From the NCBI GenBank assembly GCA_046318875.1, contig JBKCTJ010000178.1, forward strand, positions 1-61,544: DNA of 61,544 nucleotides, read 5' to 3'. A model generated the notes under the pieces. It was given only the letters and a program-made list of their open reading frames with translations, ran no database searches and was not told the origin of the DNA. Shown in pieces: positions 41,689 to 50,716 of the stretch (position 1 is its first letter; every line of letters starts with the position of its first letter). The position numbers and the translations under genes are program-made. This DNA comes from Pseudobdellovibrionaceae bacterium. GTDB taxonomy: Bacteria > Bdellovibrionota > Bdellovibrionia > Bdellovibrionales > Bdellovibrionaceae.

Positions 41689-42240
41689 ATGGCGGTTGCG
41701 GTGGGCGAAAAAAAGTTGATTCAAAAAACACAAAATATTTTCTATATTGTATTTCTGCTCTTTTTTGGTTTGCAGGCGCAGGGTCAATCTTCGCCTGAAG
41801 TCGGAGACCCATCTGTTGAATCCACAATAATTGAGTTTGAAAAACAAATGATTCAAATTGGTTCAAAAAAAATTCAAGTTGAAATTGCACGAACCCAAAG
41901 ACAACATGAACGCGGATTGATGTTTCGCACAACTATGCCAGAAAACGAAGGAATGATTTTCATCTTCGAACGCCCTCAAATTTTAAACTTTTGGATGAAA
42001 AATACTTTTATAGACTTAGATATTGGATATTTTAACGAAAAAAAAAGGCTGGTAGATGTTTTTGCGATGAAAGCCTCGTCTATGATGACCAAAAACCCAG
42101 AAACCTATCCGAGCAGTGGTCCTTCGATGTATGCGCTTGAAATGAATCAAGGATGGTTTGCAAAAAATAAGATAAAAAGAGGTGATCGATTCGAATGGAT
42201 CAAGGACCAGAGAAAACAGAATCAAAAAAATAAAAAATAA
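41689..42240 (+). CDS. DUF192 domain-containing secreted protein
   Basis: ERGLMFR and EGMIF motifs that I recall for DUF192. N-terminal signal-like segment. Confidence 0.7.
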   Translation: MAVAVGEKKLIQKTQNIFYIVFLLFFGLQAQGQSSPEVGDPSVESTIIEFEKQMIQIGSKKIQVEIARTQRQHERGLMFRTTMPENEGMIFIFERPQILNFWMKNTFIDLDIGYFNEKKRLVDVFAMKASSMMTKNPETYPSSGPSMYALEMNQGWFAKNKIKRGDRFEWIKDQRKQNQKNKK

Positions 42241-42426
42241 ATTAAGGTCTTGCGAACGAGCCTTAGGTAAAGGATTTGTTAGTATTAAGTCTAGATTTTA
42301 ATTTATAACTGGCCCTTGAGTATCTTCAAAGCTTGGACGATACGATTTAAGCATGTTGTAATGAAAGCAAGGTGTGAAAGCCTTGCTTGAAACGGAAAGT
42401 TTTCATTCATCATCAAGGATGAGGGT

Positions 42427-43842
42427 ATGGTAAAAAAAATATTGGTGTTACTAGTCACAACGATTTTTTCAATGCACATGATTTCATGTACCTCTTCGGG
42501 CGGGTCTGAAGACTCTGACGAAATTGTTACTGAGGGTGCAGAGGAAACTGAACTTTCTGAAGATGGGTTGGAAGAAGTAGAGGCTGCTAATACAGCTGTT
42601 GACGAAGCTGCCCCAGCGGATGGAGTTTCAGAACAAGCATCAGATCAGGCGGCCACCGCCGAAACTTTGCCAGACGATGCCTTATCAAGCGCGCCAGTGA
42701 CAGATGAACTCAGTGCGGAAGAGCCGATGCCAACGACAGATGCTTCGACAGAAGTCGCTGCGTCGCCAGATACGTTAGCTCCGGCAGATGGAACTTTGAC
42801 TCCAGAGCAAGCTCCACTTCCCGACTCTTTCGCTTCGAGCACTCCGTCTGAAACACCAGCAGTGACTGACTCTACAACAGATATTTCTTCAGATAGCGTT
42901 TCACCTGACACAGGCTCAGAAAAATCCATAGCAACAGCTGGAACGACAGCAAGTACTTATTCGAGCGGAAGCTCTGGTGGATCACTGCAAAAAGTTGCTT
43001 TGACACCTTGGAGAGTCAATGGCGTTTTATACAACGCCGTTTATTTCGCGAAACCCGGAGATACATTAAAAGGAATCAGCAAAATTGTTTATGGATCTGA
43101 CAAAACAAGGGAGCTCAAAAAAGGGAACCCAATGTTTAAGTCAAGATCAGTAAAGCCTGGAGATAAAATTTATTACACATCATCAAGCAGACCGCAAGAT
43201 GACACTCGAGTTCTCAGTTATTATGAAGATCAAGGAATGCAGCCTGAAGTCTACGTTGCCAAAGATGGTGATACTGTCAAATCCGTATCAAAAGACCTGT
43301 TTGGATATCGAGACGGTTGGAAAGAGCTCTATTCAATGAACAGCTTTGAATCAAAAGGGTCTTTGCCAGCAGGGACAGAGATCAGATATTTCCCTATGAC
43401 GAAAGGATCTCCAGTTGTTGCTCAAAACAACGTGGCTCCTCCGGCAGAAATACAAACGCCACCGGTTCAAATAGTACCTCCAGAAACGGATGTGGCGATG
43501 ACTCCACCTCCTCAAGAGATGGTGCCACCAGCGGAAATGGCATCGCCTCCACCAAGCGAAGCCATGGCTGAACTGCCGCCCCCGCCCCCACCTCCACCAA
43601 TCGAAACTCCACAAGAAATGGCACCACCCCCACCTCCGCCATCTGTAGCAGAGACTCCGAAGCGCCCTGTGGTTGCGGAAGAATCAATGGAAGCCCCACC
43701 AGTTTGGGAAGATACCACAGTCATGTTAGGAGCTGGTGCAATTGCATTGATCGCAATTGGCGGAATATTTGTGGTTCGAAGCCGAAAGAAGCGTCAACAA
43801 GAAGAGCTTGATGCAGCTTTGAATCAGCAAGTTGGATCTTAA
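42427..43842 (+). CDS. LysM-like repeat protein with acidic N-terminal region, Pro-rich linker and C-terminal membrane anchor
   Basis: Lipoprotein-like signal MHMISC. Two LysM-like segments (YFAKPGDTLKGISKIVYG, YVAKDGDTVKSVSKDLFG). PPPPPPP tracts. C-terminal TM followed by RSRKKRQ. Confidence 0.75.
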   Translation: MVKKILVLLVTTIFSMHMISCTSSGGSEDSDEIVTEGAEETELSEDGLEEVEAANTAVDEAAPADGVSEQASDQAATAETLPDDALSSAPVTDELSAEEPMPTTDASTEVAASPDTLAPADGTLTPEQAPLPDSFASSTPSETPAVTDSTTDISSDSVSPDTGSEKSIATAGTTASTYSSGSSGGSLQKVALTPWRVNGVLYNAVYFAKPGDTLKGISKIVYGSDKTRELKKGNPMFKSRSVKPGDKIYYTSSSRPQDDTRVLSYYEDQGMQPEVYVAKDGDTVKSVSKDLFGYRDGWKELYSMNSFESKGSLPAGTEIRYFPMTKGSPVVAQNNVAPPAEIQTPPVQIVPPETDVAMTPPPQEMVPPAEMASPPPSEAMAELPPPPPPPPIETPQEMAPPPPPPSVAETPKRPVVAEESMEAPPVWEDTTVMLGAGAIALIAIGGIFVVRSRKKRQQEELDAALNQQVGS

Positions 43843-43866
43843 ATAAATATTGTTTTAAAAATGGTG

Positions 43867-43897
43867 AAGCCGAGTCATTGAATGACTTGGCTTTTTT
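43867..43897 (+). terminator. intrinsic terminator after the LysM protein gene
   Basis: AAGCCGAGTCATT / AATGACTTGGCTT stem followed by a T-rich tail (TTTTT). Confidence 0.8.
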
Positions 43898-43938
43898 AAT
43901 TCAGCTTGCTCACAGTTTTTTCCGAAAAAGAGGGCAAT

Positions 43939-43964
43939 AAAAAAACCCTGACTTCTCAGGGTTT
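43939..43964 (-). terminator. intrinsic terminator of the PilZ gene
   Basis: Minus strand reads AAACCCTGA-gaag-TCAGGGTTT followed by a T run. Confidence 0.7.
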
Positions 43965-44001
43965 ATGGTGAATCAAAAATTTAATATAACTGAATTTTTA
44001 G

Positions 44002-44367
44002 CTAACTCACTTTCTTCAAAATATCATCATAAACATTTCGTCGACCAGAGCGGTCTTCTTCAACAAAATAAATCAAGTCATCGATAATTTGAATATCTCG
44101 ATTGTTTGTTGGTAAAAACTTTATCCCGCAACCAGTTTGGCTAGTCCAAACAACTTCCGCAGCAAGCTTTCTGCTTCGTCCACTGACATTTAAAACCAAA
44201 TGAATTTTTTCGGATGAACGAAAATTAGAACTCTCCACATTTAAAAATGCACCCGTCAGAGAAATATTCCGCAGTATCCCCAGTGAGTCCTCACGAGCAT
44301 AGCTCTTTTTAAAATGGACTTCCATACTCAATGGAGTCCTCGGCGCTGAAACAATTCCTTGATCCAA
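44002..44367 (-). CDS. PilZ domain-containing protein
   Basis: The RTPLSMEV region and NISLTGAFL resemble the RxxxR and D/NxSxxG c-di-GMP motifs. The N-terminal arginine motif looks degenerate. Confidence 0.7.
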   Translation of the reverse strand: MDQGIVSAPRTPLSMEVHFKKSYAREDSLGILRNISLTGAFLNVESSNFRSSEKIHLVLNVSGRSRKLAAEVVWTSQTGCGIKFLPTNNRDIQIIDDLIYFVEEDRSGRRNVYDDILKKVS

Positions 44368-44736
44368 GCGAACCTCCTTATACTACATAGTCCTATCGGA
44401 GAGGTTTTTAGAGGACTTAACTTATGCGAAAAGATTTTTGTGCTGGCGACCATAAAATGCACAAAAAAAACCAAAATTCGCGAAAATATGACATAAATGA
44501 TGACGAAAAACCGACTTGTTTTGAGATTTCCCTTGCAAACACTGCGAGCACAAATATATGTTTGTTGTAAATCGGCCGAAGCGCCGCTCCCAATGTTCGT
44601 AGTATAAAAGTATTTTAAAAAAACAACCAAAAACAAATCAACTTAAACTCATCAACATATTAATTCGAAGAATGAATCAAACTAAAAAAATAAACAAATA
44701 ATTTGATAATTAAAATGGAATTCAAAGGAGCTCTGT
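44368..44736 (+). promoter_or_regulatory. long rho leader with candidate sigma70 promoter and a G-free A/C tract
   Basis: TTGCAA (44533-44538), 16 nt, TATATG (44555-44560). A 56-nt stretch with no G and 11 C spans 44611-44666. AAAGGAG RBS at 44724-44730. Confidence 0.4.
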
Positions 44737-46623
44737 TTGTCTGAACAAAAAGATCCACCAACAAAAACCACTAGCCGCCGAACTACTGCAGCACCAGCAG
44801 AAACCTTTAAAAAGCGCGGTCGCCAACCCAAAAACACTTCTGAAAACGAACAGCAGCCAGCTGAAAACAAGACCGAACAAGTGATGGACGCTCAGCAAGA
44901 CAGGCCACAGCAAAGTCACCAAGATTCTGCCCATGACGATCAACGCTCGCACCAAATGAAGTCTCAAAATACGACTCATCATGAGACACACAATTTGGCT
45001 CAAACAGAACCGAAAAATCAGGCACAGCCAACTGCAGTTCCCGCGAGCCAAGAGGGCAGCCCTCAAGAAGAAGGCCCAAGGCCACAACAGCCACAACAGC
45101 AACATCAAAGGCCGATGAACCCACAAAACAACCAGGGTTTTAGTCATAGCAACCGAAATCGTTTCGATAACAACAAACGAAACAATCACAGCAACAACAG
45201 GAATAATAACAACAATAATCAAAACCAACGACGTGATTTTCGAAACAATAATCACAATTCCAATCGCTTTCAGCAACCTCAAGATGAAATGTCTGCTTAT
45301 GAAGATCAAAAGCTTCAAGACACTGAAGTGGATTTGGCAGACATTAACTTAACTGAAGAAGAAAAAAGCTGGCTGAATTCAAAAGATTTAAAATCTAAAA
45401 ATATTCAACAGTTAACTGACCTTGCATTAAAATTGAAAATTGAAAATGCAGCGGGAATGCGAAGACAAGATATGGTCTTTGAGATCCTGAAGCGCGCAGC
45501 CAGACTGGGAGACATTTTCGGTTCTGGAGTTTTAGAGATATTACCAGATGGGTACGGTTTCCTAAGATCACCAGATTACAATTATTTGCCAGGACCAGAT
45601 GATATTTATGTCAGTCCTTCACAAATTCGTCGTTTTGGTTTGCGCACGGGAGACACCATTACAGGAACTGTTCGACCACCGAAAGACGGCGAACGTTACT
45701 TTGCACTTTTGAAAGTTGATTCTTTAAATTTTGAAACCACAGAAAAAGGGAAAGATAAAATCCTTTTTGATAACTTAACGCCACTTTATCCGAATGAAAG
45801 ATTAAAGCTCGAACATAATCCTGCAGATTACACCACGCGAGTTGTTGATTTGATGGCACCTTTAGGCAAGGGACAAAGGGGATTGATTGTTGCGCCACCG
45901 AGAACTGGAAAAACAGTTCTCATGCAAAATATTGCAAATGCGATTTCAGTGAATCATCCTGAAGTAAAATTAATTGTTTTATTGATTGATGAACGACCGG
46001 AAGAAGTCACGGACATGCTTCGTTCAGTCAAAGGCGAAGTTGTTAGCTCCACATTCGACGAACCACCAACACGACACGTTCAAGTTGCAGAAATGGTATT
46101 AGAAAAAGCAAAGCGTTTAGTTGAACACAAACATGACGTTGTTATCTTACTGGATTCTATCACTCGTCTGGCTCGTGCTTATAATACTGTGGTTCCACCA
46201 TCTGGAAAAATCTTGTCCGGCGGTGTTGATTCAAACGCGCTTCATAAACCAAAGCGATTCTTCGGAGCGGCCAGAAATATTGAAGAAGGCGGAAGTCTGA
46301 CGATTATTGCAACTGCCCTGATCGATACGGGTTCGCGGATGGACGAAGTTATCTTCGAAGAATTCAAAGGAACGGGTAATGCGGAAATTCACTTGGACCG
46401 AAAACTCATGGATAAACGAATTTTCCCTTGTATGGATATCAATAAGTCGGGAACTCGAAAAGAAGATTTGCTGATTGATAAAAATGATTTAAATCGCCTT
46501 TGGATTTTAAGAAAAGTTCTTGCGCCAATGAATGTCGTTGATGCCATGGAATTTTTAATTGGAAAAATCGAAGCGACGAAATCAAATACTCAATTTCTTC
46601 AAGCCATGAGCGGAGGAGGCTAA
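44737..46623 (+). CDS. rho: transcription termination factor Rho with an N-terminal low-complexity extension of about 210 aa
   Basis: [12 protein letters not shown] matches E. coli residues 29-40 but sits at 241-252. Also RRFGLRTGD, Walker A APPRTGKT and [16 protein letters not shown] start. Confidence 0.95.
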   Translation: MSEQKDPPTKTTSRRTTAAPAETFKKRGRQPKNTSENEQQPAENKTEQVMDAQQDRPQQSHQDSAHDDQRSHQMKSQNTTHHETHNLAQTEPKNQAQPTAVPASQEGSPQEEGPRPQQPQQQHQRPMNPQNNQGFSHSNRNRFDNNKRNNHSNNRNNNNNNQNQRRDFRNNNHNSNRFQQPQDEMSAYEDQKLQDTEVDLADINLTEEEKSWLNSKDLKSKNIQQLTDLALKLKIENAAGMRRQDMVFEILKRAARLGDIFGSGVLEILPDGYGFLRSPDYNYLPGPDDIYVSPSQIRRFGLRTGDTITGTVRPPKDGERYFALLKVDSLNFETTEKGKDKILFDNLTPLYPNERLKLEHNPADYTTRVVDLMAPLGKGQRGLIVAPPRTGKTVLMQNIANAISVNHPEVKLIVLLIDERPEEVTDMLRSVKGEVVSSTFDEPPTRHVQVAEMVLEKAKRLVEHKHDVVILLDSITRLARAYNTVVPPSGKILSGGVDSNALHKPKRFFGAARNIEEGGSLTIIATALIDTGSRMDEVIFEEFKGTGNAEIHLDRKLMDKRIFPCMDINKSGTRKEDLLIDKNDLNRLWILRKVLAPMNVVDAMEFLIGKIEATKSNTQFLQAMSGGG

Positions 46624-46962
46624 ATGAAAAAGCTTATTTTTTCTTTTATAGCAGTTTTTTTATTGGGATCAGCAAGTATCGCGTGCGAACATCATGAAAA
46701 ACAGTCCAAGCACAAAGACCTAAACGAAGTTTTGCAGAAAGCTGGAAAAGAATTGGATTTGGATCAAGTGTTAAATGATTTAAAAATGGTCCCATTGCCA
46801 AATTCAGCTTCTGAAGAAAAACTTTGGAAAATCGAATCAGTACAAAAAGGCTCAGTGTTTTCCAAAGCAGGTATCAAAGCCGGGGACATCGTGTCTATGA
46901 AAACCGCCGATGCTTCAGTAACAGTAAAAGTAACAGTCGAAGAAGAGTCTGAGCTCGAGTAG
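46624..46962 (+). CDS. hypothetical small secreted protein
   Basis: Signal peptide MKKLIFSFIAVFLLGSASIA. ATG immediately follows the rho stop. Confidence 0.6.
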   Translation: MKKLIFSFIAVFLLGSASIACEHHEKQSKHKDLNEVLQKAGKELDLDQVLNDLKMVPLPNSASEEKLWKIESVQKGSVFSKAGIKAGDIVSMKTADASVTVKVTVEEESELE

Positions 46963-47017
46963 TGCAGACTGTTTCATTGTTTGTTTAATTGAAATTCGAA
47001 TTATCCTAAAAACGCTC

Positions 47018-48028
47018 TTAAAACGGGAGCTCGATCAGTTTGTACCAAGGTTTGTATTCCTGCCTTATTTTTACAGAGTTTTTATCTAATTCTAGCTGTT
47101 GACTGTTTGGGTTGATCGAAGCTTTGAATGAAATAATCGCTTTGAAAGAATTATCAAAGACAAACAAACTTTCGTTTTCACAAAACTTCGTCAAATTTCC
47201 TGTCAACTGATAGCTTCCACCACTTTCATCACCGAAACTGTCCCAGTGGACATTGTGATAAACAGCCCCAAGCGGACGAGTATTGCCTAAGGAAATATCT
47301 GGTACAGGTAAAATAGGAATAGGAATATTCACAGAAGAGCAATAAACGGAATTTAAAAATTCCTGAGAAATATCTAAAACGTCATTACCAACGTTTAACA
47401 AAATCTGAGGAAAAGTATTTTTCTGTTTAAATGAAATCACAGAAGCTGACACTGAAGGATTCCATGGAAGGGCCGGAGAATGTTGAGTTTGATTTTGAAT
47501 GAAAGCTGCTACTTTAACTCCAAGCAAATCCAACTGTTCATGGCTAGTTTGTGTAACGTGATGTCCGAACTCATGAATCAGAATAGCCAAGGCCTCTGAA
47601 ATTGAAACAGCTTCATAAGCGCCAAAACTGTTTTGGCTATAAATGAGATCGGTATTAATAAAAATAGGTGATCCAATGGTGGAACCAGTCTTTGCGACTT
47701 TAATTTCATTATCCAACAAAAATGTTCCGGGAGCTTTCTTTTCTGATATGAAAATCAAAACTTGTTCTTGTTTTTTTTCTTGGGGCATTGCTTCAATCAT
47801 AAGGGCCAACAAATTTTGTTGAGCATAATCCAAACGGCAGGCTTTGAGTTCCAGACAAAGCTGCATGTATTTTTCAATATTTCCCAAAGCGAACAAAAAA
47901 TTCTTTTCAGCGATTCCACCCCCGTTACCTACAAAATCACCACCAGCAAAGATTTTACCAGCTAAAGTGATTTGTAATGATAGCGTAAGACATAAAAGCC
48001 GGATCCAGATTTTCAATGAGTAGATCAC
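47018..48028 (-). CDS. hypothetical secreted protein with HExxH zinc-metallopeptidase-like motif
   Basis: Signal peptide followed by LAILIHEFGHHV. 4-nt overlap with the upstream HTH gene. Confidence 0.6.
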   Translation of the reverse strand: MIYSLKIWIRLLCLTLSLQITLAGKIFAGGDFVGNGGGIAEKNFLFALGNIEKYMQLCLELKACRLDYAQQNLLALMIEAMPQEKKQEQVLIFISEKKAPGTFLLDNEIKVAKTGSTIGSPIFINTDLIYSQNSFGAYEAVSISEALAILIHEFGHHVTQTSHEQLDLLGVKVAAFIQNQTQHSPALPWNPSVSASVISFKQKNTFPQILLNVGNDVLDISQEFLNSVYCSSVNIPIPILPVPDISLGNTRPLGAVYHNVHWDSFGDESGGSYQLTGNLTKFCENESLFVFDNSFKAIISFKASINPNSQQLELDKNSVKIRQEYKPWYKLIELPF

Positions 48029-48792
48029 TTCGATTCTCCTTTGCGTAGAGGATGAGTTTGTAAAGTTAGGGGAAAGTACTGCATCGAAATCACAAACACG
48101 TCGTCTGAGTCTCCTGTTTGCGCCAGTTTTGCAATCCTATTTTGTGTGGTTCTTAGAATTTTTTTTATTTGTTGAACATTTTTTAAAGAAGCAGGAAAAG
48201 TCATTGCACTAAAATCTCTGCGATCAATAGGCTCTCGCTGAAGTGCAGATTGTGCTTTTTGCAAAATAGATAAATGATATTTACGTATAGCTTCTGACGG
48301 AACATCATCGGAAGTCGACAAAGATTGCTGAGTGCGTTTTAGCTTGCCATTCTTAATCAGGATCAATTTAAAGCGCTGTAGACGATCAAGGGAACTGGTA
48401 ATCTCTTCTGGCGTGACTCCCAGTTTTTTGGCAATCACTTTTGCATCGGCAGTTTGGTTTTTGATTTTAGAAAGACTAAGCAGTGCAAAAGATACCCAAT
48501 CGCCGATTAAATTAAATAAATCTTCTGAAACAATTGCCTGATTCTGTTCAATTTTGTCCACGGGCCCTTGTTCTAAAAAAATTTCTTTCTCCAGTGGAGA
48601 AAATTGCAGGCGACTGATGACGCTGAGCTTACTTGTTTTCGATAAGTCCCGCAGCCGTGAGAAATATTGTGACAGTGAAGTCACGCTGACATCCAAGTCT
48701 CTTGCAAAAGCCCTCAAGGAATAGGCAGGATTGCGATTTTTTCGCTCTAGAAATTGTTGTCTTAATAAAAGCCTTCCGTCCATGTCTGCCAT
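48025..48792 (-). CDS. TIGR02147/DUF4423-like HTH protein
   Basis: N-terminus LLLRQQFLERKNRNPAYSLRAFARDLDVSVTSLSQYFS. From memory this matches the Bdellovibrio/Fibrobacter TIGR02147 paralog family. Confidence 0.65.
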   Translation of the reverse strand: MADMDGRLLLRQQFLERKNRNPAYSLRAFARDLDVSVTSLSQYFSRLRDLSKTSKLSVISRLQFSPLEKEIFLEQGPVDKIEQNQAIVSEDLFNLIGDWVSFALLSLSKIKNQTADAKVIAKKLGVTPEEITSSLDRLQRFKLILIKNGKLKRTQQSLSTSDDVPSEAIRKYHLSILQKAQSALQREPIDRRDFSAMTFPASLKNVQQIKKILRTTQNRIAKLAQTGDSDDVFVISMQYFPLTLQTHPLRKGESK

Positions 48793-48823
48793 AACCTATG
48801 GTGAACGCTGCCCGCTGTCAAAT

Positions 48824-48869
48824 CGAAACGAAGTGTTTCGATTTTGAAACTTAGAAACACTTCGTTTCG
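48824..48869. promoter_or_regulatory. perfect 16-bp inverted repeat with nested GAAAC/GTTTC half-sites in a divergent promoter region
   Basis: CGAAACGAAGTGTTTC (48824-48839), a 14-nt spacer, then GAAACACTTCGTTTCG (48854-48869). Each arm is itself GAAAC-N5-GTTTC. Confidence 0.5.
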
Positions 48870-48986
48870 CCGGCCCATTGTAAAAACAAAAGCCCAAGCA
48901 TACAAAATCGCTGTCTTTCACTGGCAAGACGGCCAATGAAGGCACTCAACCAATTGGATTTATGAATCCAGAAAGAAAAGGTTTTT

Positions 48987-49490
48987 ATGAAATCAATGTT
49001 CTTGACAGCGATCGTCGTGCTTTCTTCGAGTTTAGGTTTGGCATCACAACCACACGCTCAAGGAGAAACTGGATTGGGTTGGCTTTGTGGAATGACTTTC
49101 GAAGGAACTTCAAAAGGCGTTCAGTTTATCATCGGTAACTTCAAGACCGAAGCGACTGGTACCCTTGAGTGTTTGGATTCTTCAGGTGCACGTTTCGAAA
49201 GACCGGTACGAATCAGCATGATCAATCGCTCGTTTGCACCAGCGATGGGCCTTGGATATTTTGAATTCAAAGGCGTGACTGCACAAATCAGTTTGATGAA
49301 CGCAAGCCCAGATATGCTGTTAGGTGAGTACTACCTTGCCCAAGGCCAAATTGCCGTTGTCGGCGGTGTATCGCTCATGACAGCGACCAAACTGGGAACT
49401 CCGCAACTTGCTTTCCAACTGTCATTGCAAGCCAACGAAGGAATTGGTTTTCATGTTGGTCTAAATAAAATGACTATTTCAGCGTTATAA
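48987..49490 (+). CDS. hypothetical secreted protein
   Basis: Signal peptide MKSMFLTAIVVLSSSLGLA. I recognised no family. Confidence 0.6.
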   Translation: MKSMFLTAIVVLSSSLGLASQPHAQGETGLGWLCGMTFEGTSKGVQFIIGNFKTEATGTLECLDSSGARFERPVRISMINRSFAPAMGLGYFEFKGVTAQISLMNASPDMLLGEYYLAQGQIAVVGGVSLMTATKLGTPQLAFQLSLQANEGIGFHVGLNKMTISAL

Positions 49491-49504
49491 ATTTAAAGTC
49501 AATT

Positions 49505-49531
49505 TCGAGGTTGGGCTGAGTCTGACCTCGA
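49505..49531 (+). terminator. weak hairpin after the 48987-49490 gene
   Basis: TCGAGGT / ACCTCGA stem with a 13-nt loop. The T tail is poor. Confidence 0.3.
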
Positions 49532-49572
49532 GTCTTTATGAATAGAGGAGACTAGAATCTTCGATGTTCAAT

Positions 49573-50286
49573 TCACAAAGAAGCTGGCCGGGTTAAATCG
49601 ACAAAAGATTTCATCATTATCGATTTCCCACAAATGCCCGTATGCAAAGGCTCAAAGTCTCGCGAATGATGGCTTCGTAAAATAGCGGAGAAAATGGATT
49701 CTCCGAAGGGCTTTTGAAAAGCGATGTGCCCCCAACAAAGCCCTGTACCCCGTACAAGGTTCTTTGAAAATTGATCTTTATTTGCTGGGGTTTTCGGTGG
49801 TTTATCACAAATCGCCCAGCTGTCTGAAATAGCTTCAATTCGAAAAACACCCCATGTTTCCGCCTGCTCCGAAGCAAAACTGGAAAAGGCAAAATTATGA
49901 TTTTGAAGCACATCCAAGACCTCAAAAACAACCTTGGGCGGGTCCCACCGGGTATCAGGCAAAACCAAGATATTTCTGTCCTGCCAAGACCCCTGGCTTT
50001 GTAGCACAGTGTCCGCCCATTCCTTGGAGTTTTCGATAAATAGGATTTCGACTTTGGGATAATTTTCCTGTAAAAAAGAAATCAAATTTCGTTTTTCCCT
50101 CCGAGTCGGGACAACAATGCGGCAATTTTCACGTTTAAAAAGATCCAAAGCGTATTGGATCATTGGGCCTTGCTCGCCTAAAACAGGGAGCATTTCTTTG
50201 GATTCTGGCTGCCCCATGCGTTTTCCAAAGCCAGCGGCTGGGATAATCACACAATAGGGATTGGTTATTTTAGCTTTTGTGTCCAA
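49573..50286 (-). CDS. NTP-transferase (GT-A-like nucleotidyltransferase) family protein
   Basis: N-terminal VIIPAAGFGKRMG signature. TTG start. Confidence 0.7.
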   Translation of the reverse strand: MDTKAKITNPYCVIIPAAGFGKRMGQPESKEMLPVLGEQGPMIQYALDLFKRENCRIVVPTRREKRNLISFLQENYPKVEILFIENSKEWADTVLQSQGSWQDRNILVLPDTRWDPPKVVFEVLDVLQNHNFAFSSFASEQAETWGVFRIEAISDSWAICDKPPKTPANKDQFSKNLVRGTGLCWGHIAFQKPFGESIFSAILRSHHSRDFEPLHTGICGKSIMMKSFVDLTRPASL

Positions 50287-50449
50287 ATGGCCTCAAAAAC
50301 CGTGGTCATAACATGTCTGCAATGCTAAAACGAGATGAAAGTGATTTCAAAACGCGCAAAGTTTGACAGTCCACGGAACTGCGTGATAGCTAATCTCGTT
50401 TCAAGTCAAAATTAATAAAAACAGTGGCACAAAAGTAGAGGCGAATGCG

Positions 50450-50698
50450 ATGAAAAAAGATATACACCCAACGGTTAGAACAGTGGTTTTCAAAGACATG
50501 TCTTGTGATTTCCAATTTTTGGGCACAACAACTCTTGATTCGAAAGAAAAAATTAAATGGGAAGATGGTAAAGAATACCCTTTGATCAAAACCGAGATTT
50601 CATCTGCATCTCACCCTTTTTATACTGGTAAGCAACGTGTGATGGATACAGAAGGCCGTATTGATCGATTTAAGAAAAAATACGGAACTAAAAAGTAA
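50450..50698 (+). CDS. rpmE: 50S ribosomal protein L31, type B (no CxxC zinc motif)
   Basis: MKKDIHP...[10 protein letters not shown]. It has a single Cys rather than two CxxC pairs. Confidence 0.92.
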   Translation: MKKDIHPTVRTVVFKDMSCDFQFLGTTTLDSKEKIKWEDGKEYPLIKTEISSASHPFYTGKQRVMDTEGRIDRFKKKYGTKK

Positions 50699-50716
50699 TT
50701 TCGCGAAAAGCCATCA

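Noticed and set aside
42365-42388. A hairpin AGCAAGG-N8-CCTTGCT upstream of the LysM protein gene, considered as a riboswitch or sRNA.
   Set aside because: It is a short isolated stem with no T tail and no recognisable riboswitch consensus.
43351-43724. Three overlapping minus-strand ORFs (70-101 aa) rich in W, R and G.
   Set aside because: They are antisense artefacts of the proline-rich (CCN) tract of the LysM protein gene.
44722-45318. A 198-aa minus-strand ORF (and a 105-aa one at 44807-45124) antisense to the rho 5' region.
   Set aside because: It mirrors the low-complexity codons of the Rho N-terminal extension. The translation is an implausible Leu/Val/Ile/Phe-rich string, and no RBS was seen.
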